Below, piece by piece: positions 17,349 to 25,452 of a stretch of DNA of 32,000 nt. Every line of letters begins with the position of its first letter. Positions within the stretch are counted from its first letter, which is position 1. Where the stretch lies: the NCBI RefSeq assembly GCF_016592615.1, contig NZ_AP013043.1:690001-722000 (forward strand), written 5' to 3'. The position numbers and the translations under genes are program-made. Source of the DNA: Isorropodon fossajaponicum endosymbiont JTNG4 (GTDB lineage Bacteria; Pseudomonadota; Gammaproteobacteria; PS1; Pseudothioglobaceae). The notes beneath the pieces were generated by a model. That model worked only from the letters and a program-made list of their open reading frames with translations. It had not been told where the DNA came from and did not search any database.

Positions 17349-17760
17349 GTGAGGATGGCTTTAAACATCAATGAACAAAATAAGAACACAAGTATCAAAC
17401 TTATTTACGAAGTTTGTAGCATTAGTAAAAGCACTTATTATTATCAACCAAAACTCAGTGATGACAATGCTTTAATTGCCGATTGTCTACTGCGCTTAAC
17501 CGCAACGCACAAGCGTTGGGGTTTTAAACTGTGCTATTTATATCTACGTAATGTTAAAGACTACAAATTTAACCATAAACGAGTGTATCGCATTTACCAA
17601 GAACTGGAGCTCAATCTAAGAATCAAGCCAAGAAGAAGAATCAAAAGAGATAAACCCGAAGCACTGAGTGTGCCAACAACTATTAACCAAACTTGGTCAA
17701 TGGATTTTATGTCAGACTCACTCACTGATGGCAGGCACATTAGAACTTTTAATGTTGTCG
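17349..17760 (+). pseudogene. IS3-family OrfB remnant (N-terminal third only, no DDE core)
   Basis: ...CSISKSTYYYQPK...HKRWGFKLCYLYLRN...FNHKRVYRIYQELELNLRIKPRRR...NQTWSMDFMSDSLTDGRHIRTFNVVDY. Similarity then ends at a C7 run (17764-17770). Confidence 0.75.
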
Positions 17761-17761
17761 A

Positions 17762-18135
17762 TTACCCCCCCGCACCTCAGTTGGCTAAAAAAGGCGACCC
17801 ATGGTCAAAGGTTAAGACTTGCGTTACTGGCAATAGTGTTAATGAATGCGTGTGTAAAGATGATGTACAGACGGTCTGTAATATGCCAACCATGTAGGTA
17901 ACCGTTTCTTTCCGTGATGCAATTAAATTATCCTTTGCCAAAGTTTCTCAGGTTAAAAATAGTGCATTTGCTAATTCAGGTGCTGATTTTTCACCATGTT
18001 TGGTGCGTAAACATGGTGGAAAGCTTCCATTCCAGTTGAGTTCAGTAAACAGTACGCATTGGCAATATTATATTGAAAACAATATTTACTATAAAAAATT
18101 CACTGTTAGTTTAGAGACGAAGCTTGATTTCTGAA
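17762..18135 (+). other. Unassigned coding-like sequence in the same frame as the 18138 ORF, interrupted by TAG (17895-17897) and ending at TGA (18133-18135)
   Basis: The translation is PPAPQLAKKGDPWSKVKTCVTGNSVNECVCKDDVQTVCNMPTM*VTVSFRDAIKLSFAKVSQVKNSAFANSGADFSPCLVRKHGGKLPFQLSSVNSTHWQYYIENNIYYKKFTVSLETKLDF*. I recognise no family. Confidence 0.25.
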
Positions 18136-18137
18136 AA

Positions 18138-18464
18138 ATGGGTCATGTTATCAAAGGTGTCAAACCTTCTTCAGTGCATAAACCTGAATTATCCCTGAAA
18201 TCAACACCTGCAGAAGGAAGTTATCTGGTTGAGATTGCAACTAAGGATAAGGCAGACTTTGCAGGTTGGTTAGCTGGAGACATTGTTTCTGCAGTAGCAG
18301 GTTGTGCTGCTGGATTTGCAATTGCAGTAGTTGCAGAACAGGACCCAGTGCTCTGGTGTCATGGTTTCTCAGACCTAACAGAAGCGGTTGAAACAGCTTT
18401 CCAAGGCTTGGATAAGAAGCCGGCTATGCTGTTTGAAGCAGATGGGAATGTAACCTTTATTTAG
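18138..18464 (+). CDS. Hypothetical protein (108 aa), no recognisable family
   Basis: The ATG ORF is MGHVIKGVKPSS...GWLAGDIVSAVAGCAAGFAIAVVAEQDPVLWCHGFSDLTEAVETAFQGL.... It has no convincing Shine-Dalgarno and is in frame with the preceding 370 nt. Confidence 0.35.
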   Translation: MGHVIKGVKPSSVHKPELSLKSTPAEGSYLVEIATKDKADFAGWLAGDIVSAVAGCAAGFAIAVVAEQDPVLWCHGFSDLTEAVETAFQGLDKKPAMLFEADGNVTFI

Positions 18465-18549
18465 ATATGGTATGTGTTTATGTAAAAATTCGATAAATAA
18501 TAAATTTGATATAAGACAAAAAAAGTGGCATAAGACTTAAAAATGAAAT

Positions 18550-19881
18550 TTAGCGTAGAGTTACTAGCTCCTCAGCACTACTGGGGTGTATAGCGATTGT
18601 GTCGTCAAACTGCTTCTTAGTCGCCCCCATTTTGATGGCTACTGCAAATCCTTGCAATATTTCATCAGCACCGTGTCCCATGATATGACAGCCGACGACT
18701 TTTTCATCATCACCTGCACATACTAATTTAAGTGCTGTGGTGGTTTTGTGGTTAAGTAAAGCATCTGCCATTGGGGTAAAACTTGAAGTGTAAATTTTGA
18801 CTTTATCAAATTTTTTATTGGCCTCAATCTCCGTGAGTCCAATAGTGCCAATCGGTGGGTGTGAGAAAACCACAGTGGAAATATTACTGTAATCTAAATG
18901 CCTATCGGTCATATTGTTATATAGCCTATCAGATAATCTTCTACCCGCTGCAATCGCTACAGGTGTGAGCGGTGTTCTGCCTGTGGCATCGCCGAGTGCA
19001 AAAATATTATCTACATTGGTCACTTGAAACTTATCTGTTGGAATAAATCCGCGTTGGTCGCATTCAACACCTGCATTTTCCAAACCAAGATGTTGCGTCA
19101 TTGGGTCCCTACCAACCGCCCAAATGATTTGGTCAAAACCACTAAACTCACCATGATTAGTAAATATCGTTTTATCGGCTGAAACTTTATCAATCGCAGT
19201 GCCATGATGAAGGGTAATACCGTGAGCGGTATAGTCTTTATCCAAGGCTTCTTGAATCATGGTATCAAAACCACGCAATAAGGTATCAGCTCTGCCGAAA
19301 ATCTCAACTTTACTGCCCAGTGCATTCAAAACACCTGCAAGTTCCACGCCAATATAACCGCCGCCAATAACCGCTACTTTTTTGGGTAATGTTTCTAATT
19401 TAAAAAAACCATCTGAGGTGATACCATACTGTGCACCTTCAATATTCGGAATAGATGGCTCGCCACCGGGTGATAATACAATATGGTTTGCTGTGTAAGT
19501 TTTACCATTCACAGATACCATATTTTTATCGACTAATTTGCCAAAGCCATGAATATAATCAATACCTAATTTCTCTAAATAGCCGTCATACCAGTTGGTA
19601 ATACCTTTGATATAGTTATCGCGACCTTGTTTGAGTTTTTTCCATGAGAAGTTTTTAACCTCAATATCAAAACCAAAGCCTTGTGCATTGTTAATCTGTG
19701 TGGCAGTATTGGCGGCAAACCACATCACTTTTTTAGGTACGCAACCCACATTCACACAAGTGCCACCAATGGTTTTTACCTCAATGACTAAGCATTTTTT
19801 GCCGTATTCACTGGCGCGTTCAACGGCTGAAAGTCCACCAGAGCCTGCACCAATTGCAATCATATCATAATGTTTTATCAT
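18550..19881 (-). CDS. gor: Glutathione-disulfide reductase
   Basis: [14 protein letters not shown], the redox-active [13 protein letters not shown], the second dinucleotide fold [13 protein letters not shown], and the C-terminal [12 protein letters not shown] are present. The start is set at the ATG preceded by GGAGA; the ORF track extends 4 codons to a TTG. Confidence 0.93.
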   Translation of the reverse strand: MIKHYDMIAIGAGSGGLSAVERASEYGKKCLVIEVKTIGGTCVNVGCVPKKVMWFAANTATQINNAQGFGFDIEVKNFSWKKLKQGRDNYIKGITNWYDGYLEKLGIDYIHGFGKLVDKNMVSVNGKTYTANHIVLSPGGEPSIPNIEGAQYGITSDGFFKLETLPKKVAVIGGGYIGVELAGVLNALGSKVEIFGRADTLLRGFDTMIQEALDKDYTAHGITLHHGTAIDKVSADKTIFTNHGEFSGFDQIIWAVGRDPMTQHLGLENAGVECDQRGFIPTDKFQVTNVDNIFALGDATGRTPLTPVAIAAGRRLSDRLYNNMTDRHLDYSNISTVVFSHPPIGTIGLTEIEANKKFDKVKIYTSSFTPMADALLNHKTTTALKLVCAGDDEKVVGCHIMGHGADEILQGFAVAIKMGATKKQFDDTIAIHPSSAEELVTLR

Positions 19882-19890
19882 TTTTTTCTC

Positions 19891-19919
19891 CAATAAATAA
19901 AAAGGGGCTCACGCCCCTT
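19891..19919 (-). terminator. Intrinsic terminator downstream of the EncFtn-like gene
   Basis: The minus strand reads AAGGGGC-GTGA-GCCCCTT followed by TTTATTTATT. Confidence 0.6.
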
Positions 19920-19938
19920 AACCTCTAACTTGTTGGGT

Positions 19939-20223
19939 TTAGTGTGTAAACGGTTTGTCAGTAAAAAGATAGTCTTTGAGCTCTTTGTCAAAAACCTTAT
20001 CCTTGCGTCTAATCCACTCTAACACCATTGCCGCGTGTTCTTTTTCTTCATCACGATTATGTGCCAAAATCGCTGATAATTCGCTGTCTTGACACGCATC
20101 AATGCGCTGATGATACCAATCAATTGCCTCTAATTCCTCCATCAAAGACACAATCGCCTTGTGCATGTCCTTGGTTTCTTGTGTTAAATTTTCTTCTGCT
20201 TCGTGGTAGCCTTTATTTGCCAT
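19939..20223 (-). CDS. Encapsulated-ferritin (EncFtn) family ferritin-like protein, lacking a C-terminal targeting extension
   Basis: HKAIVSLMEELEAIDWYHQRIDACQDSELSAILAHNRDEEKEHAAMVLEWIRRKD...YLFTDKP matches my memory of R. rubrum EncFtn (HRAIVSVMEELEAVDWYDQRVDASTDPELTAILAHNRDEEKEHAAMTLEWLRRND...YLFTEGP). The ORF ends 4 codons later. Confidence 0.85.
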   Translation of the reverse strand: MANKGYHEAEENLTQETKDMHKAIVSLMEELEAIDWYHQRIDACQDSELSAILAHNRDEEKEHAAMVLEWIRRKDKVFDKELKDYLFTDKPFTH

Positions 20224-20232
20224 GATTTTTTC

Positions 20233-21655
20233 TTATAAATTCTTCATTATAATTTTAATTCTATGTGCATAATCACTATCTGCCTTATTAAATTGTTCAA
20301 GCATTTTTTGTTGCACTCCTGTTATTGCTTACGATAGACCTTCAGCAATTGTAGTAGCGAGTTGACTTTTTTGTGACTCATTCATCAATCTAAATAAATC
20401 ACCTGCTTGCTGGTAATAATCCTGCGTTTCTACAGTATCAAAGCGATTTATCCAAGCATTTTCTTCAACAGGAATTGGTGGTTCTGCAAGTGTTGATTTT
20501 GGCACTGGTGCGCCATCGTTAATTTGACTATTGGGATAAAAGCTAACTTTATTGGTTTGAATTTGAGCACCACCTGCTGGACAAATTCCTGCCATTTTTC
20601 CATCCCGCTGATAATGATTAACAGGGTATTTCGCTGCATTGACAGGAATTTGGTTGGCATTGACACCCACACGGTAACGATGTGTATCTGGATAGGTCAA
20701 TAATCTTGCTTGTAACATTTTATCAGGTGATGCGCCAATTCCTGGTATTAAGTTGCCAGGGAAAAAGCAAGCTTGCTCAGTTTCGGCAAAATAATTTTCA
20801 ACATTACGATTTAATTCTAGTTACCCTACTTCTATCAATGGAAAATCAGCATGTGGCCAAGCTTTGGTTAAATCAAATGGATTGATATGATAATTTTTCA
20901 CTTCATTCTCGCTCATTATTTGCACTTTAGCTGTCCAACTAGGGTAATTGCCTTTATCAATCGCATTGATTAAATCTTCTTGCGCACCGAATGGACATGC
21001 TTTTGCTGCTTCAGCATTGGTTAGATTTTTAATACCTTGATTGGTTTTGAAATGCCATTTAAACCAAACTCGCTCGCCTTTATCGTTCCAAAAACTAAAG
21101 GTATGAGAACTAAAGCCATGTATATTTTGATAACTAGCAGGAATACCCCTATCTGACATTAAAATGGTTATTTGGTGTAATGATTGAGGGTGGTTTGCCC
21201 AAAATTCATACATTGCTACTGGGTCTGGCATGTTGGTGCGTGGGTTTTTCTTTTGTGAATGGATAAAGTCAGGGAAGTTAATACCATCTCTTAAAAAGAA
21301 AACAGGCGTATTGTTGCCCACCATATCGTAGATGCCTTCGTTTGTATAAAATTTTAAAGCAAACCCTCTAGGGTCTCTAGCATAATCACTGGAGTCTTGT
21401 CCACCACCCACGGTGGAAAAGTGTGCAAATACTTCTGTTTTTTGTCCAATTTTTTGTAAAAAATTGGCAATGGTTTTATCTTTTAAAGATTTTGTAACCG
21501 TAAATGTGTCATAAGCACCTGTACCTCTAGCATGCACCACCCGCTCTGGAATGCGCTCACGATTAAAATGTGCTAACTTTTCAAAAACATAATGATTATC
21601 AAAAGTCAAAGCACCTCTCTCACCTACAGTGATACTGTTGTCACCATCCACTATC
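20233..21655 (-). pseudogene. katA: Monofunctional heme catalase (small-subunit type) with two in-frame TAA stops and a missing 5' end
   Basis: FNRERIPERVVHARGTGAY, DPRGFALKFYT, NTPVFFLRD and RLLTYPDTHRYRVG are catalase blocks. In-frame TAA stops sit at 20821-20823 (...PLIEVG*LELNRNVENYFAE) and 20329-20331 (...IAEGLS*AITGVQQKMLEQFNKADSDY...*). The only possible start is a TTG inside the prx 3' end. Confidence 0.85.
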
Positions 21656-22087
21656 TGGCTCAATAAACATTTTTTCAATCACACCATTTTTAACTAACAT
21701 GACGTAGCGCCACGACCTATCACCAAATCCCAAGGTGGTTTTACTGACCAGCATGCCCATCATATTTGTAAATTCACCATTGCCATCAGGCATTATGGTG
21801 ATATTTTCGGCTTCTTGGTCTTTTTTCCATTCGTTCATTACAAAGGTGTCATTGACTGAAATACAAATAATTTCATCAACACCATTATCTTTAAAAACAG
21901 GGGCTAATTCATTAAACCGTGGTAAGTGAGAAGATGAACAAGTGGGTATGTAAGCGCCTGGCAATGCAAAAACAATCACGATTTTATTGTTAAAAATATT
22001 GTGCGTATTGACATCTTGCCACTGATGATTGTTTTGGATTTTAAAAGTCATTGACGGGATATTTTTCCCAGTTCTATTTACCAACAT
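21641..22087 (-). CDS. Prx5-type peroxiredoxin (AhpC/TSA family), probably 3'-truncated
   Basis: It is nearly colinear with the Prx domain of the Haemophilus Prx-Grx hybrid as I remember it ([22 protein letters not shown]...[10 protein letters not shown]...PDGNGEFT...[21 protein letters not shown]). Here the motif reads [15 protein letters not shown], and the ORF ends at FIEPDSGW*. Confidence 0.8.
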   Translation of the reverse strand: MLVNRTGKNIPSMTFKIQNNHQWQDVNTHNIFNNKIVIVFALPGAYIPTCSSSHLPRFNELAPVFKDNGVDEIICISVNDTFVMNEWKKDQEAENITIMPDGNGEFTNMMGMLVSKTTLGFGDRSWRYVMLVKNGVIEKMFIEPDSGW

Positions 22088-22152
22088 AGGCTGTTCTTTG
22101 ATTAAAAAGTTACCATCTTACGTAACATTAATCATTAAGTAAAACGAATAAT

Positions 22153-22171
22153 ATTGATTATAATAATCGAT
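22153..22171. promoter_or_regulatory. Candidate LysR/OxyR-type operator (imperfect dyad) in the prx / oxyR-like divergent region
   Basis: ATTGATTAT-a-ATAATCGAT has 8 of 9 positions symmetrical and lies 20 nt upstream of the regulator ATG. The AT-rich background lowers its significance. Confidence 0.3.
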
Positions 22172-22190
22172 AAAAACGATTATTAATATA

Positions 22191-23057
22191 ATGACGCCTT
22201 CTATTAAGAACTTAAACTATTTATTAGCACTTAAACAATATTTGCATTTTTCAAAAGCAGCAAAGGCGTGCTTTGTTAGCCAATCCACTTTAAGTGCAGG
22301 CATTAATAAACTAGAACAGGATTTAAATATTAAGTTGGTTGAGAGGGATAGCAAGTCTGTTTTATTTACCCCATTGGGGAAAAAAGTTGTGAAATACAGT
22401 GAAAAAGTTATATTTTCAATGCAAGATTTGGTTGCTGTTGCTAATTTAAATTTTTTTGAATCAACCATTACGATTGGTGTAATTCCAACTATTTCAGCTT
22501 ATTTATTGCCAAAATTTGTCTCTAAAATCAAAGAAAAATATCCCAAACTTAAGATTGTAGTTATTGAAGATGCCAGTCAAAATCTTTTGTTAAAAGTTGA
22601 ACAATTAAAATTAGATTTTGCAATCTTTGCCTTTCCTTTTGAAGAAAAAACAAATATTATCCAAGTCACTATTTTTAAAGATGATTTGGTTTTGGTTAAA
22701 CACAAAAACACTCAAAATAATGATTTATTGTTATTGGAGCAGAGGCACTGTTTAAGAAGCCATATTTTAGATAATAGTAATATTGATAAAACCAAAGTAT
22801 CACAATATGCTTGTGCCAGTTTAGAAACTTTAGTAACCATGGTCAATATGGAAATTGGCGTGAGTTTTTTACCAAAAATTGCCATAGATAGTGGTATTTT
22901 AGATAAATATCCAGCACTGGTTGTTGATAAAAAACAAAAAAAATTATCTCGTCATATAGGTATTATTTATCGTAAAAACAACCCAAATCAAGAAAATATT
23001 TTAGCATTAAGTTTATTTTTACAATCAAATTCTAAAGATATTTATCAAGATGTTTAA
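22191..23057 (+). CDS. LysR-family transcriptional regulator, OxyR-like
   Basis: The N-terminal HTH LNYLLALKQYLHFSKAAKACFVSQSTLSAGINKLEQDLNIKLVERDSKSVLFTPLG parallels E. coli OxyR (LEYLVALAEHRHFRRAADSCHVSQPTLSGQIRKLEDELGVMLLERTSRKVLFTQAG). It also has HCLR...SLETL and is divergent from a peroxiredoxin. Confidence 0.75.
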   Translation: MTPSIKNLNYLLALKQYLHFSKAAKACFVSQSTLSAGINKLEQDLNIKLVERDSKSVLFTPLGKKVVKYSEKVIFSMQDLVAVANLNFFESTITIGVIPTISAYLLPKFVSKIKEKYPKLKIVVIEDASQNLLLKVEQLKLDFAIFAFPFEEKTNIIQVTIFKDDLVLVKHKNTQNNDLLLLEQRHCLRSHILDNSNIDKTKVSQYACASLETLVTMVNMEIGVSFLPKIAIDSGILDKYPALVVDKKQKKLSRHIGIIYRKNNPNQENILALSLFLQSNSKDIYQDV

Positions 23058-23580
23058 TGTAGTCTTTTTCAATCCAATTGGTATCACCTGCAATCATATT
23101 ATCTGCATGAAAAGTCGGGACTTGGTTGCGAATGCTTAAATAATGGTTAGTCATTATTAGTGGTTGTAATAAGTCATCAATATGCGGAGCATTTTTTAGT
23201 ACAAAGCCTTTACCCAAATCACTACTTTTCATACTAGAAGTAGTTACAATCATAAATTTATCAGCTGGAACTTGACCGCCTTCGCCATATTCATCTGTGA
23301 TAATAAATGTTTTTTAATATAAAAGAACTTCACTCAGCCATTTGATCATAGGTGTTGGCATATTAAACCACATAATTGGCGTAATATAAATAATCCAATC
23401 TGCCCACAAAAGCTTATCAACTTCTCTATCTACATTTCAAGTGTCTTTAGTTACATCTGAAACTTTAACTTTATGGCCTTTTTTGCTAAGATGGTTATCA
23501 GTTAAATAACTTAAAAAACCATTTAGTTGCCTTTTGGCATCAAAAATTGAATAGCCTGCTGTTACTAGTAATATTTTCAT
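23032..23580 (-). pseudogene. mdaB: MdaB-like flavodoxin-fold NAD(P)H:quinone oxidoreductase with two in-frame stops
   Basis: A single 183-codon frame runs from the ATG at 23580. It reads MKILLVTAGYSIFDAKRQLNGF...DT*NVDREVDKLLWADWIIYITPIMWFNMPTPMIKWLSEVLLY*KTF..YGEGGQVPADKFMIVTTS...PTFHADNMI.... The stops are TGA at 23437-23439 and TAA at 23314-23316. It parallels E. coli MdaB (VQNFLWADVVIWQMPGWWMGAPWTVKKYIDDV...YGSGGLVQGKKYML...PTFIANDVI). Confidence 0.75.
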
Positions 23581-23595
23581 TTTCTCTCCTATAAA

Positions 23596-23855
23596 TTAGA
23601 TAATAAAATCAATTTCAACCGTTATATTTTTTGGATCTTTTAAAAATACTTGTTTGGTATTTGAAGCAGGTATTAAATTTTCATTAAAGTCAATTTTTAG
23701 TTTGTTGATATGTTTGATGAAAATTAACCTTAACACCGTCAATAATAGCGTCTTGATCTAAAAAACTAAAGCTGAATATGCCCAATGCTTTAGGATTGGC
23801 AACCAATTTTGCAACAATAAGATTGTCATTTTCTCCTGCTTCAATATAGGCACCA
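23596..23855 (-). pseudogene. VOC (glyoxalase/bleomycin-resistance/dioxygenase) family gene, 3' part, separated from its 5' part by the IS30 element
   Basis: ...GAYIEAGENDNLIVAKLVANPKALGIFSFSFLDQDAIIDGVKVNF... is followed by a frameshift near 23690, then KIDFNENLIPASNTKQVFLKDPKNITVEIDFII*. Confidence 0.5.
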
Positions 23856-24944
23856 CTTGAATTCAACTTGCAAATGCAACACATTCCATGGGGAATGTGG
23901 CTATGAACAACTACCAACACCTAAGCCCTGAAGAACGGGCATTCATTATGATTGAGTACAACCAAGGAAGGTCTATCCGTTATATCAGCTATTTACTCAA
24001 TCGTTCACCCTCAACCATATCTAGAGAGATAAAACGTAATCTATCTAATACAATAAACAATTATTGTGCCACCACTGCAGCCAAACGTTATCAAGACAAG
24101 CGTCAACTCTGTATAAAGCCACAAAAACTAACACCAGACACTTTAATTGTATAATCAAATCAAAGAGTGGCTGGTTCACAAACAATGGTCACCTGAACAA
24201 ATATCTGGTGCATTAAAGCACTACTATCCAAGTCAAAAAGATATGCAAATTAGTCATGAAACAATTTACGGATACATTTACACTCTCCCCAAAGGTGAGC
24301 TTAAAAAAACTCATGATTCATTCATTACGACGAAGTAAATCTAAACGAGGCGTACGAGGTTCAAAGAGTGGCAGCTACAGTACTATAAAGCCAAAAGAGG
24401 ATCAACTTATTTGCCACCGACCCAAAGACATTAATGAAAGAATGATTGCAGGACATTGGGAAGGTGATTTAATTACAGGCTCTCAAAACAAACCTTGTGT
24501 CGGCACCTTGGTTGAAAGAAAAACTGGTTATTTAATACTGAATAAAATGAAAAGTAAGTCAGCTTTTGATGTACGTCAAGGGTTTGAACAAAAAATGAAA
24601 GCGATACCTGAATTCTTACGCCTGTCTATGACCTATGACAGAGGCTCTGAAATGGCACAACACTCTATCTTATCTGATAATTTAAAGATTGATGTTTACT
24701 TTGCTGATCCACATGCACCATGGCAAAAAGGGGGTCTAATGAGAATACTAACGGTTTAATCCGTCAATACTTGCCAAAGGGAGTAGATTTATCTCCTTGT
24801 AGCCAGAAAGATTTGGATGAAATTGCTTGGTTGCTCAACACTAGACCTAGAAAAAGATTTGACTTTAAAACACCACAGGATATGATGCATAGAGTTTTAA
24901 CTGAAAAATACTAACTAGTGTTGCATTTGCAAGTTGAATTCAAG
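23856..24944 (+). mobile_element. IS30-family insertion sequence (1089 bp) with perfect 27-bp terminal inverted repeats and a decayed transposase
   Basis: The left end is CTTGAATTCAACTTGCAAATGCAACAC (23856-23882). The right end is GTGTTGCATTTGCAAGTTGAATTCAAG (24918-24944). Confidence 0.85.
23888..24914 (+). pseudogene. IS30-family transposase split over four frames by three frameshifts
   Basis: The ORFs 23888-24154, 24147-24338, 24256-24759 and 24720-24914 together give YQHLSPEERAFI...RSPSTISREIKRN...WSPEQISG...HETIY.YIY...HWEGDLI...TYDRGSEM...ADPHAPWQKG / SNENTNGLIRQYLPKG...LNTRPRKRF. Confidence 0.85.
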
Positions 24945-25145
24945 AAGTAAGTCATTACTATTATTAGTTTTTAGTGAGAACTCGTTAAACTTAGCCTCTT
25001 GCTTGTTCTTTGGTGAATATAGCCAATAACCTGGAAAGGCAAAGGGAGGTTTAAAGCCTTTTTAAGACCAATAACTTCTGTAAAAAACAGCAATAGTATT
25101 AATATTTTCACATTTTAGAGCGATGTGGTTAAACCTTATATTCAT
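24945..25145 (-). pseudogene. VOC family gene, 5' part (frameshifted)
   Basis: MNIRFNHIALKCENINTIAVFY is followed by a shift, then EVIGLK.., another shift, then GFKPPFAFPGYWLY.... This is the typical VOC N-terminal beta-alpha-beta module. Confidence 0.5.
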
Positions 25146-25208
25146 TTTTTGCTCTCTATTTCTAATAATAAAACCATGTTAGAATTAAAGTATATTATTG
25201 CCAAATAG

Positions 25209-25452
25209 GCACATAATTGGTATATAGTATCATTTAATATACTAAAGGAGATTAAGCCAAATATTACACAAAGAATACTTACCAAGCAATTAAGAGAACT
25301 TGAAAGTGATGGCTTAATTCATCGAAAAGTATACAAAGTGGTATCACCTAAAGTCGAGTATAGTCTTACCGGAACAGGGTGAATCACTTAAGGACGCTAT
25401 TTTTTCGTTAGAAAAATGGGGTAAGAATTACCAAAAACAAAAAAAGCTATAA
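25209..25452 (+). pseudogene. HxlR-family transcriptional regulator remnant (N-terminus deleted, 1-nt insertion near the 3' end)
   Basis: ..[50 protein letters not shown] is followed by an extra G near 25378, then [23 protein letters not shown]. It is divergent from the VOC-mdaB pseudogenes. Confidence 0.6.

Larger units (their letters stand above)
17095..17760 (+). mobile_element. Truncated IS3-family element of a second type (IS407/IS2-like OrfA/OrfB), lacking both ends
   Basis: It has an OrfA remnant, an OrfB remnant and an A_AAA_AAG heptamer at the orfA end (gcA AAA AAG ttc taa). No terminal inverted repeats are identifiable. Confidence 0.8.

Noticed and set aside
18138-18464. The hypothetical ORF region might be compositionally foreign, with higher GC.
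   Set aside because: A hand count of 18221-18400 gives about 48 percent GC. A stretch of trxB counted the same way (15841-15900) is about 55 percent. The value is therefore not distinctive without a proper sliding-window computation.
18550-23057. A full encapsulin nanocompartment system might lie around the EncFtn homologue.
   Set aside because: No ORF of shell size (about 260-300 aa) with unexplained function lies next to it. The neighbours are confidently catalase, gor and prx. The EncFtn homologue also lacks the C-terminal targeting extension.
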